64,000 nucleotides of DNA from a virus (taxonomy: Duplodnaviria; Caudoviricetes): the IMG/VR virus record IMGVR_UViG_3300046028_009474, positions 1,629 through 65,628 of that record; one strand, 5' to 3'. The notes under the pieces were generated by a model. The model did not search any database and was not told where the DNA came from. It worked only from the letters and a program-made list of their open reading frames with translations. Below, piece after piece: positions 48,801 to 58,422 of the stretch. Every line of letters starts with the position of its first letter. Positions within the stretch are counted from its first letter, which is position 1. A program made the translations under genes and the position numbers.

Positions 48801-51800
48801 TACTCCAGAAACTGCCATTTTTTCTCTATAAACTTTAAATGGATCTTCAGTTGTATTAGCCTTAGCAAGATTATTAGCAAAATCACTTGGTTTTCCACCA
48901 GTAAAATCTCCAGCTCCAGTGCCAGTTGCATTTAAATCTCCAAAAGCATTAGTAGCAGCATCTTTAGTAGCATATATTAAGTCACTAATAGCATTACTCG
49001 CTGCGGTAGCTTCTTCCTTGGTAATTTCGCCATCACTTTTAGCATTTTTAAATATATTTTCAATATTACTATTTGCAATTCCAGCAGCTTTAGCAAACGA
49101 TATCTGTTCAATCATGCTTTTATCTAAAGCATCTGTCCACCCTTCAGTACTAGCTTTTACGTCAAATGTATTTGTTTGAGCCTTGTAATCCGCTCCAATA
49201 CTAGTGACTGATTTTTGCGTACTTATAGCTTTATTAAATGTTTTTTCAGCTTCTTTTTTAATTTCAGCTTGCTGTGCTGGTGAATAGTCTGTCAACTTAA
49301 CCGCAGCACTCTCAGCAGCTTTAGAAACTTTATCTAAAGCTAATGCTGCTGAACTAGCAACTCCATTATATTCATCAGCTATTTTTGAGCCTTCTTTAAA
49401 AGCTGTAAATAATCCAGTTGCGACTATTGCAGCTGGACCTAAAGCTCCAGCAAATTTTCCAATATTGCCACCCATTGCAGATAATCCTTGAGCGGCAAAT
49501 GCCACTGTTGTCATGTTGCTTGCAACAGATGTCAATCCTTGTGCAAATTTAGCAACATCTCCAGTAGCCTCTCCAACTACTCCCTGAAGAACGGATAGCG
49601 CTCCTTGAACTGCAAAAATAGTTCCAAGCATTTTTTCACTACTAGCTTTAGGATCTTCAACTGGAGCTTGCTTTATAGATGCATTTGGTTTAGCTGGCGT
49701 TGGCAGTGGCAATTTAATAGCAGCTGTAACCGCAGCAGCAATTGCGCTTGCAGCTGCACTCACTGCTGCTGATTGATTTGTTGGCGATTGAGTATTAAAG
49801 GTTGAGTTACCTGGCGTTTGAAATGATCCACTAGTAGCGTAGTTCGGCACGAATCCATTAGCAGCGCCATAAGTCATTGGATTAGCTCCCTCTTTACGCG
49901 CTCTAGCGATGCCCTGAGAGCCTCCCATTGGCTCATCAATACGATTAGCAACCATGAGTCCATTAGGATTCATAGCGCCCTTTAATGATGAATTCTGATC
50001 AATATAAATTTGAGAAGCTGGAACGCCAGCACTCATTTCTCTTCCAATAGCAGCTTGAACTGGATCAGCAAAGTTTGGTAAAAATCCTTTAGCTCCAGAT
50101 TTAGTAGTAGCTTTAACAAGAAGTTTAGTTAATTTATCCTGAAGAGTTTTGCTAACTTTTAAACCATAACTTTCAGCTCCTTGGACAAACTTTACTGCAT
50201 TTGGGCCAGCAAAAGATGCTGAATACATTGCGCTATCTTTAATAGTTTTAAAGATGCCTTCAGTCTCTAATCCATGACCAGCATCTCCCAAAACTAAGTC
50301 TGCAAAAAATTTCTCTGGAAGAACCTTGAATAAATTACCAATGGTTCCAGAGGCGCTTCTATATTTTTGAGCTTTTGCAGATCTTTCTCTCTGTCTTCTT
50401 TCGTACTCTGCATTTTTAACCATGGGAACCATGGATACAGGAGGCATTGGTGGGTCTGCAAAGTTTGGAATGAATCCTCTAGCAGCTTTGGCGGGGGCAG
50501 CAGCAATTTTTTCAGCAATACTAGCAATGTTTGATTCATTGAGGGAATTTTTAAAATCAGCAACTTGAACTCCCCTTAAATAACCATCTATGGGCTGATT
50601 TAAAATTCCACTTTTTTTCATTACTCCAGCAAATTGTTGAACTAATCCTTTAGTTGGTAAATCCCAAGTAATATTATTTGGACTTACATTTCCTATCGAT
50701 GATTGAAAGACGCTTTCAAAAACAGTCCCCAAAGCACCTTGAACAGATCCTTGATTTAAATTATCGCTAATTCCTTTTGCGAATTTCTGCTCATTAACGA
50801 TATCTGGATTTAATTGTAATCCTTTAGCATATTGCAGTCCTGCATCTATTAGTCCTTTTTCAATTTGTTCATATAATAAAGAAGATGGACTTGTTTTTAC
50901 TGGAATAAATTTTACTTCGTCTTGGGTTTTTCCAATATATCTTGCTACAATTCCAGCTGATGAATCCCTTGATGTATCTGGATACATCATAGCATATTTA
51001 ACTTTATCTCCTGTTGGCGTAGTCGATCTGTTACGAGATTTTTCAGCTGCATCAGCTGATAGAGCAGAGTTTACTGCCCCCTGTTTATAAATATCAGATT
51101 TTTGAAATTCAGTTGATATTTCTGTATATTTTTTTGGATTAGTAGTTTTTAAATTATTTAATGAACGATAATTTTCTAATTTAATATCATCTCTCGTTGC
51201 TTTCCACTGCTGAAACAGAGGTTCTAAATCTTTCGCAGCATAATTTGGAACAAAACCTCCAGCAGAATTAATTTTTTGCGCTCCAACAGGCATTCCCATT
51301 TTTCTCACCATGTCTCTATTGAAAATGGCGCTTCCGCCACTTCCATTAAAGTTTGGAACAATGTGCTCACCAGAGTTTGCCACCATGGTTCCACGCTTTC
51401 CGCCGCCAAAGTTGAAGTTTGGAATGACTACTGGTTTGTCAGAAGGTTTAGCTCCACCCACTCCACGATTAATACTGGCAGCTTCTTGAGAAACTGCTGG
51501 CATATATCCATCAGCAGCTTTTGGTACACGCAAGCCTTGCCCTGTTGATCTAACGCCACCTCCATATAAACCAGGAGCAATTGCAGCAGATGTGCTAGCA
51601 ATTCTTCTGAGCATAGCTTCTTGACTAATAATCTCAGCGCTAATAACTCTTAATTGAGCTGCTCGATCTCCTTCAAGAGCTAATAGTCTTTGCTGTAAAG
51701 AAACATTCGTGGATAATGCTTGAGCAACTGATTTTTCAACATTAGCAATGTCTCTAGCAGCTTGACCAATGCCAAAAAAACTTTTTAAACTAGCAAATCC

Positions 51801-53141
51801 AAACTGAACAAGATCTTTGGAAAGCTTGAGAATAATAGCTCCAAACAATGCCAATCCTGGCCCCGAAACTAAATTGCCAATACCAGCAACTAATCCTCTG
51901 AAAAATTTACCAATTCCGCTATCTTCTTGCAGAATACTTTGAATTCCGTCTAAGAGCTTGTTGAAAAAATCTAAAATACTTTTTAAGTTATCAGTCACGC
52001 CCAATTCGCCCAATGTAGCCCCAAGTTGTTGCGCACTAACTGATGTTCTATTTAAGATGCTCTCTAATGTGGTATTTAAAGCTATATTTTTTTGATAAGC
52101 TTGATCTGCTGCTCCCTGGGCCACTTTAACAGCTCCAGCATATTTAGACTGCTCACTTGATAAATCTTGGAGAGCTGCGAGTAAATTTCCCAATTGATAA
52201 ATGCCACCCAGCTTTTCAGCAATGTCAGCTTGTCCAATTCTTGAAAAATCGTTAAACTTTGAGGCTAAACCCTCCATGATTGCAGTGGCTGGAAGAACTT
52301 TTCCCTCCAAGTCTGTAACCCCAATTCCTAAATTGCTTAAATATTCAAGAGTTCCTTTGTCTTGAAGTCTAGCAAAAATAGTTTTAAACGAGTTGCCAAT
52401 AACCGCACCACCTCTGGCAGTTCTTTCTTGCACAGCAGTAATCAAACCTGCAAGTTCATCAAAAGAAACTCCAGCTTGTTGCGCTGTAGATCCAGCTCTT
52501 TTAATACCCTCAACAAGATCTTTTTCAGAAACAGCGTATTTTTGAGAAACGGCAACTAATTTATTAAGAATTTCAGTAGTTGTGATGCCAGTGTCGGCAA
52601 AAGAGTTGTATGCTGCGCTCAAGCCTTCTACCGCAGCAGCAGAGTCTAATCCAGACAATCTGGTTAAAATAAGAGAGTCGTTTAACCTTTTTAAAACTTC
52701 TTGAGAGTTTAAACCTTGGCGGGATAATTCTAAAGCAGCATCAGCAGCAGCTTGAAATGATTGCCCAGTATTTTTAGCAGCTTGAAACAATCCGTTTTCA
52801 AAATCTTTAGAGCTGGATCCCGCTTTGTCTAAAACGGAATAAATTTTAGCTAAAGCGCTCTCAACTTCAATAGTGCTTTTAACAAGTCCAGTAAACGCTT
52901 GAGAAACGCTATTGATGATTCCAACAGATGCTCCGAATGCAAAAACGCGAGCGTTTGCAGCTTCCATTGATTTTGTAAACTGATCTGCTTGACCAGTGAT
53001 TCTACCAAGTGGTTGAGACAGAGAGGAGATTTGCTTGGCACTAGTTCCCAAATTAATCACAGCACTCTTACCAGCATTTTTCATTGCTGCTTGAATGCTC
53101 GCTTCTAAACCTGTTTGTACTACTGGAAGTTGTAATGCCAT
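45810..53141 (-). CDS. Tail tape measure protein
   Basis: 2443 aa, Ala-rich helical. It has a TP901-type core (ELSRQG, TARGGAVIGNSFKTIFAR) and C-terminal ASGG..DDVPAMLMGGEYV motifs. Confidence 0.92.
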   Translation of the reverse strand: MALQLPVVQTGLEASIQAAMKNAGKSAVINLGTSAKQISSLSQPLGRITGQADQFTKSMEAANARVFAFGASVGIINSVSQAFTGLVKSTIEVESALAKIYSVLDKAGSSSKDFENGLFQAAKNTGQSFQAAADAALELSRQGLNSQEVLKRLNDSLILTRLSGLDSAAAVEGLSAAYNSFADTGITTTEILNKLVAVSQKYAVSEKDLVEGIKRAGSTAQQAGVSFDELAGLITAVQERTARGGAVIGNSFKTIFARLQDKGTLEYLSNLGIGVTDLEGKVLPATAIMEGLASKFNDFSRIGQADIAEKLGGIYQLGNLLAALQDLSSEQSKYAGAVKVAQGAADQAYQKNIALNTTLESILNRTSVSAQQLGATLGELGVTDNLKSILDFFNKLLDGIQSILQEDSGIGKFFRGLVAGIGNLVSGPGLALFGAIILKLSKDLVQFGFASLKSFFGIGQAARDIANVEKSVAQALSTNVSLQQRLLALEGDRAAQLRVISAEIISQEAMLRRIASTSAAIAPGLYGGGVRSTGQGLRVPKAADGYMPAVSQEAASINRGVGGAKPSDKPVVIPNFNFGGGKRGTMVANSGEHIVPNFNGSGGSAIFNRDMVRKMGMPVGAQKINSAGGFVPNYAAKDLEPLFQQWKATRDDIKLENYRSLNNLKTTNPKKYTEISTEFQKSDIYKQGAVNSALSADAAEKSRNRSTTPTGDKVKYAMMYPDTSRDSSAGIVARYIGKTQDEVKFIPVKTSPSSLLYEQIEKGLIDAGLQYAKGLQLNPDIVNEQKFAKGISDNLNQGSVQGALGTVFESVFQSSIGNVSPNNITWDLPTKGLVQQFAGVMKKSGILNQPIDGYLRGVQVADFKNSLNESNIASIAEKIAAAPAKAARGFIPNFADPPMPPVSMVPMVKNAEYERRQRERSAKAQKYRSASGTIGNLFKVLPEKFFADLVLGDAGHGLETEGIFKTIKDSAMYSASFAGPNAVKFVQGAESYGLKVSKTLQDKLTKLLVKATTKSGAKGFLPNFADPVQAAIGREMSAGVPASQIYIDQNSSLKGAMNPNGLMVANRIDEPMGGSQGIARARKEGANPMTYGAANGFVPNYATSGSFQTPGNSTFNTQSPTNQSAAVSAAASAIAAAVTAAIKLPLPTPAKPNASIKQAPVEDPKASSEKMLGTIFAVQGALSVLQGVVGEATGDVAKFAQGLTSVASNMTTVAFAAQGLSAMGGNIGKFAGALGPAAIVATGLFTAFKEGSKIADEYNGVASSAALALDKVSKAAESAAVKLTDYSPAQQAEIKKEAEKTFNKAISTQKSVTSIGADYKAQTNTFDVKASTEGWTDALDKSMIEQISFAKAAGIANSNIENIFKNAKSDGEITKEEATAASNAISDLIYATKDAATNAFGDLNATGTGAGDFTGGKPSDFANNLAKANTTEDPFKVYREKMAVSGVTDTEAQNQLLTKERTLLISKEEAKVEQQKVSIQQISSDLFKLNLNTALKISALNREEADLTLGSNKQKLQAAQILGNSSQQQIRNLERSVALEDQFAGTVEERRSIIFELANKSAEIGVVDGDRLKIQKAFAGLSAEDLATKGSTLKKVIEILKKQDLTEQALAKAQELIEAQLDSTDSLSIKKRDNLKLDLDSKDALSGQKEAIDRIIESTNNLLTMQNFEIDLTATIKTNEIEKEIRRLELNQPQNAPAARAQQSEIAKKRYELMQVQAPADRLKKLNEAKQSLSSEAGSLLGLKPTELQNLQNIIRNSNNQSELKKNAETPWLMGSNKQNLTKYKDILAKTIAGLDQADAAAAGSLAAATDELKKSQLAPTIKKFSDYVIDLNDGIDAAIEQGKFEFLSATTGSGLLDAASKKKRDLEIKSAGTSSSGISKAYANEAARADERRVALAGSASERVKLEYDVGVNEAILAIKQENVDALELTADQEARILELEKKRLEINKSLGQRFKEAFATSEADQIDRLNTALVDGATKFRDTMIDGVIQAVESGKSLKEILVSAAMDFTREMTRAALRNVADSVIGGATSLFSAPGGQKMASGGSVSGGSGSKDDVPAMLMGGEYVINKKSVNKYGPAFLDAINSGNLEGYAKGGKVKDYFVPGSYKRKSLSGKNDWLGFATQAYTSGSKDKIRSGNGFQSIALEPESVRLTNFGRRRQTPLNDYTKEVKSQAFGIMAQEETAAREKKMQEEAEKKSMKKQIMNSILMLIGSTVVGFGASKLNSSVAAKKATSGSFGSNLLSGLSGIFTKKPTAETPTSMMNYRENSYEPGPNAGLFPPGIIDLTKPDAQDPMIPFSDAWRQASRAATGGLISERPGIDTIPTMLSGGEFVMNRAAAQNIGAGPLQAMNAGSSSMITEEKSVELNDKLIKKLDELVGASSESKGNVSISINSTDNKTTSSSQSSAGSTQDRQKFAQNIKDVVLKVIQDEKRLGGQLRRGM

Positions 53142-53164
53142 TATCCTTGCTCCTTTAAGAGCTT

Positions 53165-53169
53165 TACAC
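53165..53169 (-). promoter_or_regulatory. GTGTA putative phage promoter with an SD-containing leader (AAGGAG) before the tape measure gene
   Basis: GTGTA-N23-ATG. Confidence 0.45.
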
Positions 53170-53178
53170 TAAAAAATC

Positions 53179-54156
53179 CTAACCATCCATCAATTTCATC
53201 ATTTGTTCCATATTAAGACTTCCGCCATTTTGCCTCACAGCATCCTCTAAAGAAATGGTGCGAGCATTAGGATCTATTTGCTTCAAATCTTCTTTTGTAG
53301 CTCCAAAAACCACTGTTGATTCAGAATCCCTCGACTGTCTTTGAGATCCTTGCTTGCCAGTCTTTTTGCTTTCGGAAAATCTTAAAATTGCAGATGGATC
53401 TTTTTTAATATTATCTGGAAGATCTTCGTTGTATTGGAATATATTAAAAAAGACTCTAGCATACAAAGCTAGTTTTAATTGAAAGATTGACAATTGAATA
53501 ATTGGCTTGCCATAAAATGCTGATACATTCTCTGTTTGAGATAGATACATGTTAAAGAAATCTCTCAACACACAATTTTGAATATTGTCTTCATTTAGTC
53601 TAGCGTTAGAGTTTGAATAAGTTTTAACTAAATAATTTATATTATAATCTTCCAATTCATCAAACTCTTCTTGCGAAAACAAATGTTCCTTTAACGTTTC
53701 ATCTTTGAATAAAATGTATCTGATAAACTCTTCATTTGTTCTATTAGAAGCGTAAGATTCCGCTGTGTTTCCAACAATGTCTCTTTTAGAGGATAGTAAT
53801 TTATTTAAGTCGTTATTTTTTTCAATAATGGTTTTATTAAATTTAGTTTTTTGAGATGGCAAGTAAGCTGCTTTTTGCGAGTCTTTTAATCTAGCAATTT
53901 CAGCCTCTAAACTAGCAATTTTTAATTCATCAGAATCATCCCACAAGTTGTCATTTTTTAGTCTAGCTAAAATTTCTTTTTCACTTGGTATTCCTTTTTT
54001 TAAAGCAATACTTTTATACTTCTCATAGTAGCGATGAATGTATCGCTGATCTCTAATTGAGAAATGCTTCAAGTACGCTGGTTCGCCAGCGTACTCAAAT
54101 TCTGTGTAGCCATCAAATATTTCTCCAACTATAGAAATATACTCTTCTTCACTCAC
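53179..54156 (-). CDS. Hypothetical protein, probable tail assembly chaperone
   Basis: Immediately upstream of the tape measure gene; GTGA overlap with the preceding ORF; coiled-coil segment. Confidence 0.5.
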   Translation of the reverse strand: MSEEEYISIVGEIFDGYTEFEYAGEPAYLKHFSIRDQRYIHRYYEKYKSIALKKGIPSEKEILARLKNDNLWDDSDELKIASLEAEIARLKDSQKAAYLPSQKTKFNKTIIEKNNDLNKLLSSKRDIVGNTAESYASNRTNEEFIRYILFKDETLKEHLFSQEEFDELEDYNINYLVKTYSNSNARLNEDNIQNCVLRDFFNMYLSQTENVSAFYGKPIIQLSIFQLKLALYARVFFNIFQYNEDLPDNIKKDPSAILRFSESKKTGKQGSQRQSRDSESTVVFGATKEDLKQIDPNARTISLEDAVRQNGGSLNMEQMMKLMDG

Positions 54157-54908
54157 AATTCATTACTTTCGAGTCGTTTCATCAATCCATCAAAAGAGTC
54201 TTTGTCAGAAGCTTGGTTGAAGAACCAGAAAGCTAAAACTGTTGCAGCCTTTTTAGTAATCAAGAAGTACAAAGGATCTTCACCCTCTTCTCGCTTGTAG
54301 TATTCTTCCATCTTGTCTTCAAAAGATCCCTTGCCAAAAAATGGCTTTGGATTCTCATCGCCCTCTTCTTGAATATGAGTCAACATGATTACATACCAGA
54401 GAATGAGTCGGTTCTGCGCTCTAACATCTGCTGTATGATCAAACAAAGATTGATAGTTGCTTTCAAACTCTACAATTTGGCGACGAACTTTAACAAGCTC
54501 AGTTGAGACTTCTTCCACTCTTTCTTTTTGCTTGTCAGTTTTATTTTGAACAATTTCTAGGCGAGAGAATTCATTTTGCAAATCAAAAATCTTTTTATAA
54601 GAATCCACCAAAGACTGAGCGTCATCTTCGCTCATCAAGCCGCCAGTATCGCTATACTTTTTGGCTAACATAGCTTTTGTCAAGATGCCCTTCTTAACAC
54701 ATCGACTCATTTCAACGCTAAACTCCAACTCAGCTTCTTCCAATTCTCTGCGAGAAGGACGCTTAAGTTTAATAATTACTGGAACCTTTTCCTTGACTGT
54801 TTTTTTAGTGATAGTTTCCTCGCCGCTTTTCTTATCTTTCTTAGAAGACTCGATGATTTTTTCCACTTCTTTATCTACTGTAAAATTGTATAGTTCTTTA
54901 AATTCCAT
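54153..54908 (-). CDS. Hypothetical protein, probable tail assembly chaperone
   Basis: Position and charged helical composition. It shares a KKGI.+..+L..+ / TA+..A.N pattern with 53179-54156, suggesting distant paralogy. Confidence 0.5.
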   Translation of the reverse strand: MEFKELYNFTVDKEVEKIIESSKKDKKSGEETITKKTVKEKVPVIIKLKRPSRRELEEAELEFSVEMSRCVKKGILTKAMLAKKYSDTGGLMSEDDAQSLVDSYKKIFDLQNEFSRLEIVQNKTDKQKERVEEVSTELVKVRRQIVEFESNYQSLFDHTADVRAQNRLILWYVIMLTHIQEEGDENPKPFFGKGSFEDKMEEYYKREEGEDPLYFLITKKAATVLAFWFFNQASDKDSFDGLMKRLESNEL

Positions 54909-54923
54909 ATGCCTTAATTTATT

Positions 54924-55214
54924 TTAATTTTTAAATACAAAAGTTACAGTATATTTTTCAAATTCATCAGAAAAATCTCTGATAGCTTCATTTCCAATGT
55001 CTAAAATTCGTTTTCTCAATCGAACTGACTTGTCATCTGTTAAATAATTCGCGGCATAAATTACATTATGATGCTCAGATGGCAAAACATCTAAGATTTT
55101 TCTAAATTGCAAGTCGTGTTCAAACTTCAAATCCTCAATGATGACTAGCATATCCTTAAACAAGCTAGACATTGACCTTTTGCACCTCTCTTCTAAAGAA
55201 TTTTTAGCATTCAT
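54924..55214 (-). CDS. Hypothetical protein
   Basis: 96-aa ORF with an AAGG-containing leader. Confidence 0.65.
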   Translation of the reverse strand: MNAKNSLEERCKRSMSSLFKDMLVIIEDLKFEHDLQFRKILDVLPSEHHNVIYAANYLTDDKSVRLRKRILDIGNEAIRDFSDEFEKYTVTFVFKN

Positions 55215-55245
55215 CCTTATACCTTTATATATAATACTTTTTAAA

Positions 55246-55250
55246 GTGTA
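55246..55250 (+). promoter_or_regulatory. GTGTA putative phage promoter for the neck/tube operon
   Basis: GTGTA-AATTTCAAT-ATG; 9 nt spacing. Confidence 0.55.
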
Positions 55251-55259
55251 AATTTCAAT

Positions 55260-55709
55260 ATGGCTAGTTTACTTAACGCATCAAAACAAATAGCAATCAA
55301 TAGTATTTATGTTAATCTTCATGATACTTTTTCAAGAGCAATTGTTGTTTATAAAAATGCTCAAAAATCAGTGTCAACATCTAACGCTAAATTTAACGGT
55401 ATTTACGGTAATGCTGGCAAAACTACTAGCATTGTAAATCAAGAAGTTAGCCAAACCATTCAAGCAAGAGTTTATTATACAAATTTAAAAGAAGAAATTT
55501 TATCAGATCCAAATTCTCCAGCTAGTAAAATTATACTGCCACAAGGCTCTGTTAAAATTATTGTAGATTTTGCAGGTGCTGAATTTATAAGAGAAGCTCG
55601 TCGAGTAGAATTCGATGGTAAAATATTTGCTATTAAAAGCGAATGGACTCCAATTTGTTTGTTTGATAATTTATATTATGAGTTTTACTTGAGTCCAATT
55701 GATTCTTGA
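55260..55709 (+). CDS. Probable head-closure (stopper) protein
   Basis: Size, beta-rich pattern (RVEFDGKIFAI) and synteny with the neck and tube genes. Confidence 0.5.
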   Translation: MASLLNASKQIAINSIYVNLHDTFSRAIVVYKNAQKSVSTSNAKFNGIYGNAGKTTSIVNQEVSQTIQARVYYTNLKEEILSDPNSPASKIILPQGSVKIIVDFAGAEFIREARRVEFDGKIFAIKSEWTPICLFDNLYYEFYLSPIDS

Positions 55710-56287
55710 TTATGAAACTTCCCAAAGACGTACAGAGCATTATAGATGCTCAAACTCCAAAACTCTTACGAGTTCCTTTTGAGCAAGCTCTTCAAAAAAG
55801 ATTTGAAACTTTAAAAAATCAAATGATTAATGAGTTTTTGAATCACCCAGTTTCTCAAGAAATTTCAGGTGGTCCAGAAGCATCAAATTCGAGCGGTTCT
55901 CTTGGGGGATATGGAAATTTATTTTCATTCATTGGATTTGAAGAGGATGATGAACCTCTCAAACCAATTTTAGAACAGCTACAAGCAACAAACTTTATAT
56001 ACTCTGGAGAAATTGCTTCTGGAGTTAAATTCTCAATACTACTTCCAACAGCTAAGGAGATTTTTGAGGTTACTCCCATGCCATGGGCCTCTGGTAGAAG
56101 TTGGGCCAAAGGAATCGAAAGTGGAATCTCTGGACTAGGATTTTATTTAAAATTAAAAAGTAAAAATAGTAGATCTGGCGAAGGAATACAAACTAGTGTA
56201 AAAGCTAATACTAGAAGATTTAAAAATCAACAATACATTTCTCTTTTGATTAATAAATACTCTAACTTATTCGCTCAATTAAAATGA
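55706..56287 (+). CDS. Probable neck / tail completion protein
   Basis: Synteny (stopper, neck, terminator, tube); GNLFSFIGF and WAKGIESG motifs. Confidence 0.45.
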   Translation: MIMKLPKDVQSIIDAQTPKLLRVPFEQALQKRFETLKNQMINEFLNHPVSQEISGGPEASNSSGSLGGYGNLFSFIGFEEDDEPLKPILEQLQATNFIYSGEIASGVKFSILLPTAKEIFEVTPMPWASGRSWAKGIESGISGLGFYLKLKSKNSRSGEGIQTSVKANTRRFKNQQYISLLINKYSNLFAQLK

Positions 56288-57132
56288 TAGAACAATTCCA
56301 ACACAGAGCCACGACTTCTTTTTTACTATGGTTTGACAATTTCTTGTTACGCAAGGGAGAAGCATTTTCCAATCAAACTGGAAAGTTTTTTAATTATGCT
56401 GATGATCGCTTAGATTCTAGATACAAGCCATATGGCAGTGCTTATAAACAATGGGTCACAGACTCTTCTATACCTAATGCTGTGGTTCCTAGCGGAGTTC
56501 ATATCAGTGGAACTTTTTTTCCAAGAAGCAACTCTTTGATCATTGATTTTGAAAATGGAAGAGTTTTGGCTAGTGGAGTTGCTGTATCCGCTCCAATTAC
56601 AGGATCATTCTCCGTAAAAGATTTTAATATTTATTTTACCAATGACTCTGAGGATGATTTGATTGTGGAGAGAAAGTATATTCAAAACTCTCGAATCTCT
56701 AGTCCTGATGAAAGCTATATTTCGCCGTATGATCAAGTAGTACCCGCTATTTTCTTGTCTAGTGATTCTATGAAGAATGATGGATTTGCATTTGGCGGAA
56801 TGGACACTACTAAAATCAATATGAAAGCTGTAATTTTAGCTGAAAATGCTTATCAGTTAGATGGAGTTTTATCTATTTTTGCAGACTCATACAATGAAAA
56901 CATTTGCAACGTTCCATTTTCTGGTCACCCACAAACAGAGTACGGAGATTTAAAAAATGGATCTTATTCTTATGCAACTTTAAAGTCAACTTACGCTTCT
57001 AATACTTCATTTTTTATCAACAGCGTTAATGCTTCTAAATTAACTGACAAAGCTAGAACAACTTTAACGGACAACTTATATGTTGGATTTTTAGACTTTG
57101 AAATACACCAACAAAGATTCCCTAGACAATAA
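56284..57132 (+). CDS. Probable tail terminator protein
   Basis: PAIFL....F.FGG...I...+LA and C-terminal GFLDFEI; directly before the tail tube gene. Confidence 0.5.
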   Translation: MIEQFQHRATTSFLLWFDNFLLRKGEAFSNQTGKFFNYADDRLDSRYKPYGSAYKQWVTDSSIPNAVVPSGVHISGTFFPRSNSLIIDFENGRVLASGVAVSAPITGSFSVKDFNIYFTNDSEDDLIVERKYIQNSRISSPDESYISPYDQVVPAIFLSSDSMKNDGFAFGGMDTTKINMKAVILAENAYQLDGVLSIFADSYNENICNVPFSGHPQTEYGDLKNGSYSYATLKSTYASNTSFFINSVNASKLTDKARTTLTDNLYVGFLDFEIHQQRFPRQ

Positions 57133-57199
57133 AAAAAATTCTCTTTAATATTTATAAACTGTAAATAAAACGAACCCAAATTAAACCTATTTAACTACC

Positions 57200-58378
57200 A
57201 TGGCTAGAAATCGAGTAATTTATCAATCAGAAGCATTATACGCGAGCAAAAATATCCTTTCGACACTGAGTGGAGCTCACGTTCAACTTGATCGCGTTCA
57301 AAGCGCAAACTATAGCTTCACTGTTAATCGTCAAGATGTCAACCAATTCGGCGAACTTTCACGCATTGGATACGTTGTTCTTGAACCTCCAACCGTTAAT
57401 CTTGATTTCTCTTACTATTTAACAGATGGAAGTAATGAAAGAGCTATGAATTTCCACGTAAGAAATACTGTGGTAGGACAAAACGTAGATAAAACTTTTC
57501 TTTCTGGACATATGATTTCAGACTATACTGGACAAAATTTTTATATCTTAACATCCACAGAAGGAAATGATGTTAATAATACTACTGGAGATGCTGGCGT
57601 TGGACCAAACGCATACATTAAGAGTGCTATTGGTATTGGAAATGCATATATTACAAACTATAGTCTTGACGCATCAGTTGGCAACTTAGCAACAGTTTCA
57701 GTTTCATTTGAAGGCTCTAATATGAATGCTGTTACTAATGTTGGCATTAATACTGGAGCTGGATTTACTGGAGGTTACAGTGGATTGCAAAATGCATCAG
57801 TTCAGCCAGAATCTGGAACTGCTAATTCTGGAATTGCAGTCTTCCTTCCACCTGCTAGAACTACTTTAGGAGCTAGCGGAATTATTGCTCTGCGCCCTGG
57901 TGATATCACGTTAAATTTAAATAATTTTGATGACAATGGAAGTGGAATTTTTGCTAAAGTTAGCGGAGCGGGAGAATCTATTCATATTCAGTCTGCCGCA
58001 TTGGCTATTCCACTCGCTAGAACTCCAATTCAGCGCCTTGGAAGTAGATTTGCATTCTCTAGACCACTAGAGTTGCCTGCAAGCGCTACTCTTTCAGTTT
58101 CCGCCATTCTTAACGAAATGAGTGCTGATAATCTTGCAGCATCTATGGATTTAATTTATGAAAAAGATATTACTCTCACTATTAATGCGCCAGGAACTAA
58201 TAATGCAGCAGTAGTTTATACTCTTAGAAAATGCCGCTTAGATAGCGAATCATACTCTAGTAGCATTGGTGGAAATAAAACTGTTGATCTTGTTTTCTCT
58301 ACTCAATACGCCAGTTTAAATGATACTGGACGAGGAGTATTTATGAGCGGAGCTTGTCCTGGAACAATCTTCTCTTAA
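57200..58378 (+). CDS. Major tail tube protein (two tube-like halves)
   Basis: Beta-rich 392 aa, last gene of the neck operon and followed by a strong terminator. Internal repeat: VQSANYSF...R.D..Q.G versus IQSA.L.I...R.P..RLG. Confidence 0.7.
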   Translation: MARNRVIYQSEALYASKNILSTLSGAHVQLDRVQSANYSFTVNRQDVNQFGELSRIGYVVLEPPTVNLDFSYYLTDGSNERAMNFHVRNTVVGQNVDKTFLSGHMISDYTGQNFYILTSTEGNDVNNTTGDAGVGPNAYIKSAIGIGNAYITNYSLDASVGNLATVSVSFEGSNMNAVTNVGINTGAGFTGGYSGLQNASVQPESGTANSGIAVFLPPARTTLGASGIIALRPGDITLNLNNFDDNGSGIFAKVSGAGESIHIQSAALAIPLARTPIQRLGSRFAFSRPLELPASATLSVSAILNEMSADNLAASMDLIYEKDITLTINAPGTNNAAVVYTLRKCRLDSESYSSSIGGNKTVDLVFSTQYASLNDTGRGVFMSGACPGTIFS

Positions 58379-58388
58379 TCGCTTAAAT

Positions 58389-58422
58389 AAAAAAGGAGCA
58401 TGGGCAACCATGCTCCTTTTTT
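58389..58422. terminator. Bidirectional Rho-independent terminator
   Basis: AAAAAAGGAGCATGG-GCAA-CCATGCTCCTTTTTT between convergent genes. Confidence 0.92.

Noticed and set aside
53179-54908. Programmed frameshift between the tail chaperone ORFs
   Set aside because: No X XXY YYZ slippery heptamer near the junction; the ORFs simply overlap by GTGA.
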